DNA from: the human T2T-CHM13v2.0 reference genome, Homo sapiens
Reading direction: 5' to 3' (one strand)
DNA length: 64,000 bases
Assembly (NCBI RefSeq): GCF_009914755.1
Contig: NC_060930.1
A program made the position numbers and the translations under genes. A model generated the notes under the pieces. It was given only the letters and a program-made list of their open reading frames with translations, was not told where the DNA came from and did no database searches. Of the stretch, positions 15,486-28,424 are shown in pieces; positions within the stretch are counted from its first letter, which is position 1; the number at the start of each line of letters is the position of its first letter.

Positions 15486-16125
15486 GAGAAGGCTAAGTAA
15501 GCCTGTTTGTACAAACACATCAGTGAGGCTGCTATCTTCAAGAAAGGAAAATATTCACAAATTTAGATAGCAAAAAATTGGAGTAGGAGTCTGTTCACCC
15601 AAGTGAATGTCTGTTTGAATGTGAGTAGGAGATATTTTGACATGGAGGAGGCTTCTGGAGTCCTTGCCTAATGAAGACTTTACCACAATCAACCTTCTGT
15701 CCTCCCGACCTCCCTCACCAACATCTCCCCTACATCTGCATTTCAAGAAAACCATGATGACAAGCATTGCAGAGGTACACCATCCACCTCTCTCAGTCAA
15801 CAATTTTCCTCAGGAAGATTGCATGACTTCACTTAACACATGTTGAATATTTGAAATCACAAACCACAGGTTTAAAAGTTAGAGCCCTCTGTATTGCTGT
15901 CAGATTCTCAGTATGTTTCCTCACTTACCCTCTCTCCCCCTCTTTTACACACACATAATTTTTTTTTGCATGATATTGATTGGAATCTATAACCCAGAAA
16001 GACTCATAGACAGTGCCTGGTAAACCAGAGCATATGACAGTGTGAGTCATCCAGCAGGCTGCAAAAGAAGGAAAGCTGGGTCACAAACTTGCTTTTCAGC
16101 ACTATCTTGCTACAGAGGAATTGCT

Positions 16126-16278
16126 CTGCCTAATTTGATTAAAATTGCATGTGACATGATTGTCTTTTGAAAAGAAAACGTGCTTTTAGTCACTACATTA
16201 GGATGCAATTTTGTGATTAACATGAGCAATTTCAGAACAGATTTCTCTCATATGCAATGGTCTAATCAAATTAAGGTA
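16126..16278. other. Imperfect ~150-bp palindrome with two TAATYYAATTA-type sites; possible ancient DNA-transposon-derived conserved element (MER135-like)
   Basis: cctaatttgattaaaattgcatgtga (16129-16154) vs reverse complement of tcatatgcaatggtctaatcaaattaagg (16248-16276). Confidence 0.55.
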
Positions 16279-16702
16279 AATGAATACAACATTCGTTAAA
16301 GTGATTTATTCAAATCCATTAAAATGAAACATGAAATTTAATCAAAGTCATAGGGATGCATGTATGCCATACATGTAAATCAGAAGTGGCTATCTCTGTA
16401 TTTATGTAATCCAGTCACATCTGGATCCCCAAGCAAGACAGTTAGATATTACATAATATAATTAAGGGTAGAGAGCCTAAGGGAAGAATTAGGTAAAAGG
16501 ACATCAAATGATGGAGGAAGAACTTGGGAGAGGAGTAAAGGAGACCCCATGGGAAGGCAACAGATGGAATGAATGTGTTTAAAAAGAAGAGGAAATCACA
16601 GGGAGAATAGGAGGAATGACTTCTGCTCAGTTGTTGAAATAGTCTATAATTTATATTTGCATGTTTGGTCTGCACAATTACCCCACTGGATAGAAATCTG
16701 TG

Positions 16703-16900
16703 TTCATCTACTCACTGACTCAACAAATATTTATTTAAAGCCTACTCTGTGTCAGGCTTTGTTCTTGATCCTGGAAATAAAACAGTGGACAACAGAGATA
16801 TAGCCTCTTCCATTACATAACTTTAATTTTAGTTTGCAGAGACAATAGTAGCAACAAAGGCAAACAAACAAATAGGTAAATAAGACAGATTTTAGAGATG
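16703..16900 (-). mobile_element. L2 3' fragment
   Basis: tcaacaaatatttatttaaagcctactctgtgtcagg. Confidence 0.75.
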
Positions 16901-16912
16901 AGTCTCAGAGCT

Positions 16913-17344
16913 TATGTTAGTTTCTTATTGCTGCTGTAATAAATTATCACAAATTTAGTGGTTTAAAAGCAATACAAATTTATTGTCTTACAGTCGTAGA
17001 GGTCAGAAATCTAAAATGGGTTGGCAGGGCTGAGTGTCTCCTGGAGGCTCAAGGAGAAAATTCATTTCCTTTCCTTTTCCAGCTTCTAGGTGCTACATGC
17101 ATTCCTTAGCTTGTGGCCCCACATTGCTCTGCTCTGTCCTCACATCTTCATCTTAAGTATGACTCTCCTGCCTAACAAGGGCCCTGGTGATTACACTGGG
17201 TCCATTTGGGTAATCCAGGATTATCTCAGGATCCTTAATTCAATCACTTCTGCAAAGCCTCATTTGTAATGTAAGGTAACATATTGATAGGTTCCAGGGA
17301 TTAGGATGTGGGCATCTTTGGAGGGACTTATTCAGTCTAACACA
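16913..17344 (-). mobile_element. MaLR solo LTR (MLT1C-like)
   Basis: ttagtttcttattgctgctgtaataaattatcacaaatttagtggtttaaa ... aggttccagggattagga ... ttcagtctaacaca. Confidence 0.85.
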
Positions 17345-18382
17345 GAGCCTAAGTGAATTATTCAACTTCCTGCATCTGGTCCAGACCTTCAGTCTTCTGA
17401 GTCCAAGTGCAGTAGTCTTTCTCCTTTCCCATGGCTGAATCCCATCACCTCTGTTCATCCTCTACCTCCTGCAGACACAGAGTCCATTTTTACATTCTTT
17501 GATGATTTCCACATTTTTAGCTGCTCTGCTTCACTCATGTAGTGTTTCTGAAGCCAGTGAGAACAAACCTCGTTTACTCCAAGGGAATAGTGACTGACAA
17601 TGCATTAATATGTCCATATGTTCAACAGATATTTGCAGAGTGCTGCTTATGTGCTAAATGCAGAACTGTAGAGTAGGAAACAAAACATATCATTCTTGCC
17701 TTATTGGAACTTTCAGTCTTGCAGGAAATATAGATATTACATTATCTAAAAAGTAGAAAATTATGAATTCTATTAAATGGTAAGGAGGGCAACCTCAAGG
17801 CCCTGAGGTAGGAATGAGCTTGAAAAATTGGATAATAATTTTTTTGAAAAATCCTGCGACTGGAGCATAATGAGCGAGGGAGAGAGGGTGTCTCAGATGA
17901 GAAAAGCCTGATAGGCAGGATTAGTGTATGTCAAGTGGGGCACATGGGGAAGAGTTTAGATTTTATTTTAAAGTGCAATGGGAAGTTATTGAAGAATGTT
18001 AAGGTGATAGAAAAGTTATTTAATCATATTTGTGCTTTCAAAAGAAGAGTTTGGCTTTCATGAGAATAGAGGAAAAAGACTCAAGGTGGGAGCCAAGAGT
18101 TCAATAACAAAGCTGTTCTCATGAAGGGAAGAGATAACTGTGGCTTGGACTAGAACTGGACCATGGAGGAGACAAGAAGTAGAGAGATGTGAGATAAATT
18201 TTGGGGTAGGAGCAGCAAGATTTGCTGATAGATCAAATATGAGGGCACATACAAATTACATTTGACCCCCAGGTTGCAACTTTGAGAATCTGGATAGATT
18301 GTGGGTCTATTTATTGAGACACCAAAGACCAGAGGAGGAATGACTTTCAGGCATAAAATCAATAAAATCCTCTTTACACACT

Positions 18383-19150
18383 CTGTTAGGTCATTCTTGC
18401 ATTGCTACAAAGAAATACCTGAGACTGGGTAATTTATAAAGAAAAGAGATTTGTCTGGGCTCAGTGGCTCATGCTTGTAGTCCCAGCACTTTAGGAGGTC
18501 AAGGCTGGTAGATTGCTTGAGCCCAAGAGCTTGAGGACCAGCCTGGGCAAATGGCCAAACCCCACCTCTACAAAAAATGGAAAAAAAAAAATGCCAGGCA
18601 TGGTGACTCAAGCCTGTAGTCTCAGCTACTCAGGAGGCTGAGATGGGAGAATCACCTGAGCAAGGTAGGTCTAGGCTGCAGTGAGCTATGATGGTACCAC
18701 TGCATTCCAGCCTGGGTGACAAAATAAGACCCTGTTAAAAAAAAAAAAAGGAAAGAAGAACGAAAGAAAGAAAGAAAGAAAAGAAAAGAAATTTAATTGG
18801 CTAATAGTTCTACAGGCTTTATAGGAAGCATGGTGCTGGCATCTGCTCAGCTTCTGGGGAGGCCTCAGGAAATGTACAGTCATGATGGAAAATGAAGAGG
18901 GAGCAGGCACATCACATGTCAAAAGCAGAGAAAGCAGGGGGAGGGGGAGAGGAGGAGAGGTGCCACACACTTTTAAACAACCAGATTTTGCTAGAATTCA
19001 CCCACTATTATGAGGCCAGCACCAAGAGAATGCCATTCATGAGAAATCCACAACCATGATCCAGTTGCCTCCTACCAGACCCCACTTTCCACACTGAGGA
19101 TTACATTTCAATATGAGATTTGGGCAGGGACAAATATCTAAACTATATCA
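18383..19150 (-). mobile_element. MST (MSTA/B-like) MaLR solo LTR, interrupted by an Alu
   Basis: cattgctacaaagaaatacctgagactgggtaatttataaagaaaagag ... gagatttgggcagggacaaatatctaaactatatca. Confidence 0.9.
18453..18780 (+). mobile_element. AluJ with (AAAG)n tail
   Basis: AluJ diagnostics (gattgcttgagccc, gcagtgagctatgat); TSD aagaaaagagattt 18439-18452 / aagaaaagaaattt 18781-18794. Confidence 0.92.
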
Positions 19151-19629
19151 GAGACTTTACATTTGCGATTCTTGTGAAATTTCAAGTGAAGATATCAAGT
19201 AGACAGTTGGATAAATGAGTCTAGAAGTCAAAGGAGAAATCCAAGGTAAACATATAAATTTGGAACTTCCCTATAGAGACAGCACATAAAGCTATATGAA
19301 TGGGTGGAATCAGTAATGGAGAGAGTGGAAACAGAAAATGGAAGGGCTTAGGAGTAAGCCCCAGGGAATCCACACATTCAGAGTGGGAGAAGAATCAGGG
19401 AGAAAGAAGGCTAAGAATCAGGACCAGAGATGCAGAGGAAACTCAGAGAAGCACCATGTCAATAAAGCCAAGAGGAGAGTGTCTCAAGAAGAGCAAGTGG
19501 TTAATGGTGTCCACTAAAGTGATCATTGTTTAGGCAACACACAGCAAAGTAACGTAAGTGACAGCAGTTTTAAGTTCCATAACAGACACGTGCAACCAAA
19601 GATTACATGTCAAAAAGAGGTATTTTTCT

Positions 19630-20126
19630 TGTTTCTGAGAAAGCAAAAAGGAGCCCCTCATTGCTGGAAACTGGTCTGACATTCACAGTCAGGCCAGGCT
19701 GTTTTCCTGTTGGACATAAACGCACAGTATCTCAATAAGGTTGCTTGGACACCTTGATAAAATAAGTCAAAACAAAATCATCATGCAGCTCATGAAATAT
19801 CAAACATCCCTCTTTCTTAGCTGAGTAACTGCTACTTCTGAATACCGACTGCAGCATTATCCCCATTTTAATCTACCCTCCCTATAGATAAGATTCATTC
19901 AGACATTCAATCATAAAATTGCTTTGCCTTCTTGTAGCCCCAATCTAGAGAAAGCCCCTACTTCCCTATACCCTTCCCCAAGTTACACAGCCAAAGCCCA
20001 AATTCTGTAATAGCTTCTTTCTTACACATTCTTAGTAAGAAAACTTACAGTTTTCTCATAGTGAGCATTCTTCCTTGTAAGATATCTGCAGGGGTCTCAG
20101 TGGTCTTTAGCTGAAGAGCATTGACA
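19630..20126 (+). mobile_element. ERV1 solo LTR (MER31-like)
   Basis: Ends gtggtctttagctgaagagcattgaca; internal ccctccctatagataagatt. Confidence 0.6.
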
Positions 20127-21178
20127 TTTCCTAGCCCTTTAAAAAACTGGCTGTCCATAATTGGTAAACATGAATAACTCAGTTAATAAAATGCTAAATT
20201 GACAGAACTCCCATTCTCCAATTATTCCAGATCAATTATATCTATTAGCTCTACCAAGGTTACTTCCTATTGTTGATAAAATATTTGTATTATAACTTCC
20301 TTTGCTTCTACAGGGAAAAGTTGTACCTATGTTTTGCTTCCTCTGTTATCTTTTGTCTCACTAAGATATTTTTTTATTAAGACCTCGAATACCTCTATAG
20401 ACCTTTATTTATTGTCCTGTTCCTTATATAGCATAGCTGATGATTCCCATAGAAATCATGGGAAGCTTAATGTTATTTCATCCCTAAGGTTCTAGAAGAT
20501 AATTAATAGGGAGTTCTTCCTATTTATGAAGATTTTGTCAAACTTTATCTGAGTACTAAGAGTACCGTTCACATATCATAGTTGTCAGATCTTTCTAGTC
20601 TCCTTTGATATGTGACCGTTTCTCAGCTTTTCCTTTTTTGTTGTTCTTTGTTTTTTGGGGGCTTTGGGGGGAGTTTTTTGTAGACTTACTACTTTTGAAG
20701 AGTACTGGTAAGGTCAGATATTTTGTAGAGTGTTCTTCAGTGTGGGTTTGTCTGATGTTTTCTCATTATTAGACTGAGATTATAGCTTTCTGGGAAGAGC
20801 ACCATAAAAATGAGATGCCCTTCTCATCATAGCCTATCAGGGAATACATGACTTTTCACTGGTGATGTTAACTTTGATCACTTTGTGAAGTTGATATCTG
20901 TCTGTTTTCTTCATTGCAAAGTTACTGACTTTCCCTTTTCCTATTACATTGTTTAGAAGTAGGTCACTAAGACCAGATCACTCTCAAGGGGAGGGAAAAT
21001 AAGCTCCACCTATGGAAGGGAGAGGTTATTTACAAATATTATTTAAAAGTCTTTTATTTTTGTAAAAAAAGATCTGTCCCATTCTCCCATTTATTTATTT
21101 GTTCAATCATTTGCTTATATCTGGAAGGAAATTCACAGATATTTACTTATTATTTTGGTTAAAAATCTGATACTGCAT

Positions 21179-22914
21179 GTATGTCTTCTTTTGAGATATG
21201 TCTGTCCATGTCCTTTGACCATTTTTTAATGTGGTTTTTGTTTTTGCTTGATGATTTAGTTCCTTACAGATTCTGGACATTAGACCTTTGTCAGATACAT
21301 AGTTTCCAATTTTTCTCCCATTCTGTGGGCTGTATGTTTATTCCATTGATAGTTTCTTTTGTTATGCAGGAGCTCTTTAGCTTAATTAGGTCCCACTTGA
21401 CAATTTTTGTTTTTGTTGCAATTGCTTTTGGCATCTTTGTCAATAAGCATATGAAGAAATTCTCAACATCACTAATCATCAGAGAAATGCAAATCAAAAC
21501 TACAATGAGATACTGCTTCACACTAGTTGGAATGACTGTTATTAAAAAGTCAAAAAATAACAGATGTTGGTGATTTTGCAGAAAAAAGGGAATGTTTATA
21601 CACTGCTTGTGGGTATGTAAGTTAGTTCAGCCACTGTGGAAAGCAGTTCAGCAATTTCTCAAAGAACTTAAAAAAGAACTACCATTTATCCAGCAATCCT
21701 ATCTCTGGGTACCTAAAGGAACGTAAATCATTCTACTATAAAGAAACATGCATGCTTATGGTCATTGCAGCACTTTTTACAATAAGAAAGACATTGAATC
21801 AACCTAGATTCTCCTCAATGGTGCACCAGATAATTTAAAATGTGGTATATATACACCATGGAATACTATACAGCCATAAAAAGGAATGAAATTATGTCCT
21901 TCGCAGCCACATGGATACAGTTGGGGGCCATTATTCTAGGTGAATTAACGCAGGAACAGAAAAACCAAATATTACATGTTCTCACTTATAAGCGGGAGTT
22001 TAACAATGAGTACATATGGTCACAAAGAAGGGAACAACAGACACTGGGACCTACTTGAAGGTAGACAGTGGAAGGTGGACGAATATCAAAAAACTTCTTA
22101 TTGGGAACTATAGTTACCGTCTGGGTGATGAAATCATTGGTACACCAAACCCCAATGACATGCAACTTATCCATGTAACAAACCTGCACGTCAACTCCCC
22201 CTACAAACATAAAATATAAGTTAGAAGGAAAAAAAAAGAAAACAGGAAAAACAACAGATGTGGGAGAGACTGCAGAGAAAGGGGAATGCTTATACACTGT
22301 TGGCGGGGATGTAAATTAGTTTGGCCACTATGGAAAGCAGTTTGGAGATTTCTCAAAGAAGGTAAAACAGAACTACTATTTTACCCAGCAATCCCATGAC
22401 TGGGTATCTACCCAAAGGAATATAAATAGTTCTACCAAAGAGACACCTTCATTTTCATGTTCATCACAGCAGTATTCACAATAACAAAAATATGGAAGTA
22501 ACTTAGGTGCCCGCCAATGATGGATTGGATGAAGAAAGTGTGGCACATATGTACCATGGGAAACTATGAGCCCCAAAAAAGAACAAAATCATGTCCTTTG
22601 CAGCAACCTGAATGCAACTGGAGGTCATTATTCTAAGTGAATTAACACAGCAACAGTAAACCAAATACCGCATTTTCTCACTTATAAGCAAATCATTGAG
22701 TGCTCATGGACATAAAGATGGCAATAATAGACACTGCGATTACTAGAGAGGGGAGGGAGGGAGGGAGGGAGGGGTACAAAGGTTGAAAAACTATTGGGTA
22801 CTATGCTCAGTACCTGGGTGACAAGATCCTTCATACCCCTAGCCTTGGTGTCATGCAATATACCCAGGTAACAAACCTGCACATGTACCTCCTGAATCTA
22901 AAATATAAGTTGAG
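21179..22914 (+). mobile_element. 5'-inverted L1 with two tandem 3' ends (L1PA15/16-like followed by L1PB4-like)
   Basis: Minus-strand ORF2 at 21179-~21440 flips to plus. First 3'UTR and A-tail end ~22240; a second ORF2 end and 3'UTR span 22245-22914. Degenerate TSD aaaaatctgatactgcat 21161-21178 / aaacatctaatactacat 22915-22932. Confidence 0.85.
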
Positions 22915-23030
22915 AAACATCTAATACTACATTTTTTAATGTTATTGCTTAAATTGTTCTAACCTTGATCAAAGAACTGTCTTTCAGTTGACTTCCGTGT
23001 CCTATCCACATGCTCTCATTTTTCTTTCTT

Positions 23031-23063
<33 letters not shown>

Positions 23064-24256
23064 ACTTTCTTACTTTCTGGCATGACACAATGCTCCAGCT
23101 CATATTGTAATTTTTTTATTTACTCAGTCCCAGAATCAGACACTTCTCAAATGAGCATGATTTGTATCAGAGGGTGTTATTTAGAAACCAAGACCTGGAT
23201 GCTGAGTGTGATCATTGCCACTGAGTGTCACTACTTTTAGACCCTCTTAACAGACAGGAAAATAAATACATGCATGTATACTTTGTGTACACACACATCT
23301 TGATACACACATCTATAATTATATACACACATCTATAATTATTCCTGTAGATATCTATCTGCATATATATTAAAATAAACAGAAGTTCCTACCAATGTCT
23401 CAAACTCTAATTCAGTACCACAGGGTACTTTCTAGGTGCCCCCCATGCTGATTAGTAACAACTTTCCTTGACAGTGAGAAAACTGCATCTTATTTTCTGC
23501 AATTTATCTACTTATTTACTGAACCCTATAAATAAATTCTAACAACACCTGTGAAATACTCACAAATACCCTGTGAAAAACAAGTTTACCAACAAGAGTA
23601 TCATTTGGTTATTTGGTCTTTAGCTCTACAGTATGTAGTTAGAACCTTGTTTTCCAATGTTACTTAGGGCAAATCCTTTTTTCCCACATCTTTGATGAGG
23701 TTATATTGTGTATTTGTTAGACAGTCAGGTTTTTCTTTCATTGTCTATATTCTATTCTGGATTCCCAGACATTATGGTTATATTTTTAATACATATATTG
23801 AAGTTCACATTTTGTGATGTACAGTACTATGGGTTTTAACAAATGCATAGTTTTATGTCCATCACCCCAATACTATTCAGAGAAGTTTCATAACCCTAAA
23901 AATTCCCCAGCTCAACTTATTTGTAGTTCATTACTCTTCCTTCTCCCAAACCTGCTAACCACTGCTGTGTTTCATTCTTATACAGCAGTTTTAGCTTTTC
24001 CAGAACATCTTATAAATGAGATGATACAATGTGTAGCCTTTTGGTCTGGCTTTTCTCAATTAGCAAAATGCACTTAAAATTTATCTATGTTGTTGTGTGA
24101 ATCAATAGCTCTTTCATTTTCACTGTTGAGTTGTAGTCCAAGTATGAAAGTACCACAGTTTTTTTATTTATTTACCTATTGGAGGATATCTTGGTTGTTT
24201 CCCATTTGGGTGATTATGAATAAAGTTTCTAAACATTCATGTAAATATTTTATAAA

Positions 24257-24417
24257 TTTTATTTTTAGAGATGAAGTCTTGTCCAGGCTAAAATGCAGCA
24301 GCTATTCACAGGCACAATCATGGCGCACTACAGCATTGAACTCCTGGCCTCAAGCTACCCGCCTGTCTTAGCCTCCAGAGTAGCTGGGACTACAGGTGTG
24401 TGACACCACCCCTGGCC
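24257..24417 (-). mobile_element. FAM (fossil Alu monomer)
   Basis: Single monomer retaining the 7SL-derived segment gctattcacaggcacaatcatggcgcactacagc that dimeric Alus lack. Confidence 0.8.
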
Positions 24418-24853
24418 CACGCATATCGTTTTTGCTTGTTGTTTGCTCTGTTTGTTTTGTATATGCTAGTTTTCAATTCACTTGGGTAAATACCCACAAG
24501 TGGGATTACTGGGTCTTATGTTAAGTGTATACAGTGTATTTTTAACTCTGTAAGAAACTGCTAAACCATCTTTCAAGGTGCTTGTACTATTTTGCACTTC
24601 CAATAGCAATGAATAAGAATTCTTCTTAAAACTTTATAGTTTTACTCTTTACATTTAAATCTCTGACTCATTTTTGTGTGAACTTTTGTATAAAGTGTTA
24701 GGTTTAAATTGTTTTGTTTCTTTTGTTTTGTTTTGTTTTGATATGAAGGACCTATTGTTCTGATACCATTTGTTGAAAATATTATCTTTTTCCACTAAGT
24801 TGCTTTCAAAACTTTTTAAAAGATCAAATATCCATATTTGCTTGGGTCTATAA

Positions 24854-25245
<392 letters not shown>

Positions 25246-26071
25246 AAATCTTAAAATTCAATAGAATGATTTATCTAACTTTGATCTTCTGTTTCAAAAT
25301 TGTTTTAGCTATTCTAGTTCCTTAGCCCTCCTGCACACATTTTAGAATCATCCAAATTATTCTAGAAAAATCCAAAAATTCTAGTTGGTATTTTGATTGT
25401 TATTATGTTAAATCTAGATATCACCTTGGAAAAAACTGATGTTTTTAATAGATTGAGTCTTCCAGTCATGAACATGATATATCTCTTCGCTTATTTAGTT
25501 CGTTAATTCTGTCATCAGAGTTCTACACTTTGTAGCTTACAAATTCTAGTCCTGTACTTGTTTTGTTAGATCTATACCTAAGTATTTCATTTTTGGAGGA
25601 ATGGTTGCAAATTGTATTTGAGGTTTTTAAAATTTTGATTTCCATTTGTTTATTGCTTATATAGAGAAATACAACCTTTTGTGTATATTGTCTTTGTATC
25701 GTGCAGCTCTGATAAGCTCACTTATTACTTTTAGAAGATTTTTTTTTTTTGGTAGATTCTTTGGAATTTTCTATATAAACCATCATGTTATCTCTCAATG
25801 GGATAAATTTTATTTCTTCCTATATAATCTTCATTCCTTTTCTTTCTTCTTCTTTTTTTGCTTTCTTCCTTATTGCACTAGCCAAGACTTCCAGTACCAT
25901 GTTGAATAGGAATTTAAGAGTATACATCTTGCTTTGTGCCTAATCTCATGGGGAAACTTTCAGTCTCTCACCATTGAATGGGATGTTAACTGTAGTATGT
26001 TTTTTTAAGTCAGAATGAAGAATCTCCTTCTAGTACTATGATGAATTTCTTTTTAAAAATTATTCATCCTG

Positions 26072-26366
26072 GGCCAGGAGTGGTGGCTTGCACCTATAAT
26101 CCCAACAGTGTGGTAGGCCAAGGTGGGTGAATTGCTTGAGCCCAGGAGTTTGAGATCAGCCTAGGAAAATAGTAAAACCCTATCTCTACAAAAAATACAA
26201 AAATTAGCGGGGTGTGGTGGCACACAAGTATAGTCCCAGCCACTTGGGGGGCTGAGGTGGGGGGAATCACTTGAGCTTTGGAAAGCAAGGCTGTAGTGAG
26301 CTGTAATCACGCCACTGCACTTCAATCTAGGTGACAAAGCAATATCTTGTTGCCAAAAAAAAAAAG
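26072..26366 (+). mobile_element. AluJ
   Basis: Full dimer, ttgcttgagcccaggagtttgag, A-tail. Confidence 0.9.
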
Positions 26367-26379
26367 AGTTTAATGCAAG

Positions 26380-26614
26380 AGGGAGGAGGACCAGTTGAGG
26401 CTTGGTGTTTGAGATAAACCTAGGCAACATAGTGAGACCCCATCTCTATAAACATTTTAACCAATCAGCTAGGTATGGTGGCATGTACCTGTAGTCCTGG
26501 CAACCCTGGAGGCTGAGGCAGGAGAATCGCTTGAGCCCAGGACTTTGAAGTTATGGGGAGCTGTGATTGCACCTTTGTACTCTAACCTGGGCAACAGAGA
26601 GAGTCCCTATCTCC
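26380..26614 (+). mobile_element. 5'-incomplete AluJ
   Basis: ggcaacatagtgagaccccatctc...cttgagcccagg...ctgtgattgcacc; lacks the first ~50 nt and an A-tail. Confidence 0.85.
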
Positions 26615-26875
26615 AATTTGTTTTTTTGGTTTTTTTTTTTTTTGACATTTATATTAGATTTTGTCTCCTTACCTTGTCAAGACATCTGGAAAGTGTTTGG
26701 GTCCCTGCTTCCTGTGCAGCAGCCTGAAAACTTTCCAGGTGCTAAGCTGGGGCATCATAAAGCTCACTTCATTTGTTTCCTTTCTCCAAAGGATTACATA
26801 TTTTGTTCTGTTTTCTAGTCTATTGAGACAGGAGGGTACATTCGATCCCTGATACCCCATCTTGGATGGAAATGG

Positions 26876-27338
26876 TGTAAGAGTTAAAGAAAGAGGAAAG
26901 AAACACAAGATACAGCCGACAGTTAAAGACAGGTTTTCTTTAGATAAAACCTGAGAGGTGCTTCTGGCCGATTTCGGTCAGGAACACTTTCTCTTACACA
27001 CTAAGAGTATATATTGGTTTTAGGATGAGGGGGCTTATCACAAGCTTGGAATGTTTATATGTATGGAGAAGTTTATGGTGGGTTGGGAAACTCTCTGGAA
27101 GGAGAGGAGGTTATCTTGGAGCAGACATATTTCCGGCCCAGAGAGGGGTTATCTCGAGGCTACCATGTCTCTGGTCAGGGAGGAGTTTGGAATGTTTCTG
27201 GTTGGAGGAGTTATTTGTGGTTTATGGTTATTCTGACCTTAGCCATTAGGCTGATGCCCTTTGGATTTAGGTGGTTTTTATTAAGGTGAACTTTAGAATG
27301 AGTGGCTTGTCCAGGATGGCAATGCTCCTGCTCTGTCA
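26876..27338 (-). mobile_element. ERV1 solo LTR (MER61-like)
   Basis: TG...CA termini; reverse strand begins tgacagagcaggagcattgccatcctggacaagc; flanks aatgg/gatgg. Confidence 0.75.
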
Positions 27339-27538
27339 GATGGTAGTCATTATCTTGTTTTAATTTTCAATTTGTTTCTAATAAGTTTGCATCTTTCCAC
27401 TTTGTTAATATTTGTCATTTATCCTTTGTGAATTGTATATTATGAATAATATGCCCATTTATCTATAAAATATTTATCTTTTTGTATAAATTTTTATGAC
27501 ACGTTATGAAAAGAAAAGCTTCTTAAAAATAAGAAAGG

Positions 27539-27833
27539 GGCCAGGCGTGGTGGCTCATGCCTGTAATCCCAGTACTTTGGAGGCTGAGGCAGGCAGATCA
27601 CGAGGTCGGGAGTTTGAGACCAGGCTGACCAACATAGTGAAACCCCATCTCTACTAAAAATACAAAAACATTAGCCAGGCATGGTGGCATATGCCTGGAG
27701 TCCCAGCTACTAGGGAGGCTTAGGCAGGAGAATCACTTGAACCTAGGAGGCGGAGGTTGCAGTGAGCCGAGATCACACTACTGCACTCCAGCCTGGGAGA
27801 CAGAGCAAAACTCCGTCGCAAGAAAAAAAAAAT
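27539..27833 (+). mobile_element. AluS (Sg-like)
   Basis: Full dimer with gatcacgaggtc and A-tail. Confidence 0.93.
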
Positions 27834-28424
27834 AAAAGTATTAAAGGAGTCAGTATTCTCTCTTAAAACTTTTCTATTCCCTTACCACACTTTACCTACC
27901 TTCTCAGATGTCACTTTTAATATTTATTTGGTTTTCTCTCTTCATATTGGGAATGTTGTGCTGTTGATAAACATTTGTGTCTGCCTCTGCTCACTTCCAT
28001 GAAGGGACTGCCCCTTCCCCATTCATTGCCATTCTTATGAGTCTGTCAGACAAAGACCCTGACTCCCTCCTACAAAGGTGTGCATCTAGGCCACTTGAGC
28101 CAGTTAGAGACTTTTTCCCCTAGACATACACCTGTTATATTACTCAAGGAAACCCAATCAGAGTTCTTGCAGAATAGGTTTATGTATACCCTTTAAGAGT
28201 GAGGTTTTCTCTGTGTTTTGTTTTTTGTTTTGATATTAGGACAAATGAGAATAATGGATCCTAAAGCTTCTAGGTTTTATCTTTTTATCTCCATAAAGAA
28301 AGTATACATGAGATTGAAAACAACATTGAGGAAAGCAGAGAAAAGATAAAGAAAGAAACATAATTTTAAAGATACTATTTGAACCCTTGGCTATAGCAAT
28401 GCCTAAAACCCATCTTCTCATCAG

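Larger units (their letters stand above)
17610..19530 (-). mobile_element. L2 fragment interrupted by an MST LTR
   Basis: L2 motifs (ttcaacagatatttg; gagtttagattttattt...caatgggaag; caagtagacagttggata...gagtctagaag) on both sides of the LTR. Confidence 0.75.

Noticed and set aside
15555-15846. Short ORFs in unique sequence as a possible coding exon
   Set aside because: No recognisable protein similarity and no convincing splice-site pair.
22745-22775. (GGGA)n G-quadruplex motif
   Set aside because: It is the ordinary G-rich tract of an L1 3'UTR.
26876-27338. p53 response element in the MER61-like LTR
   Set aside because: Only degenerate half-sites are visible (e.g. agacatggta); no full RRRCWWGYYY pair.
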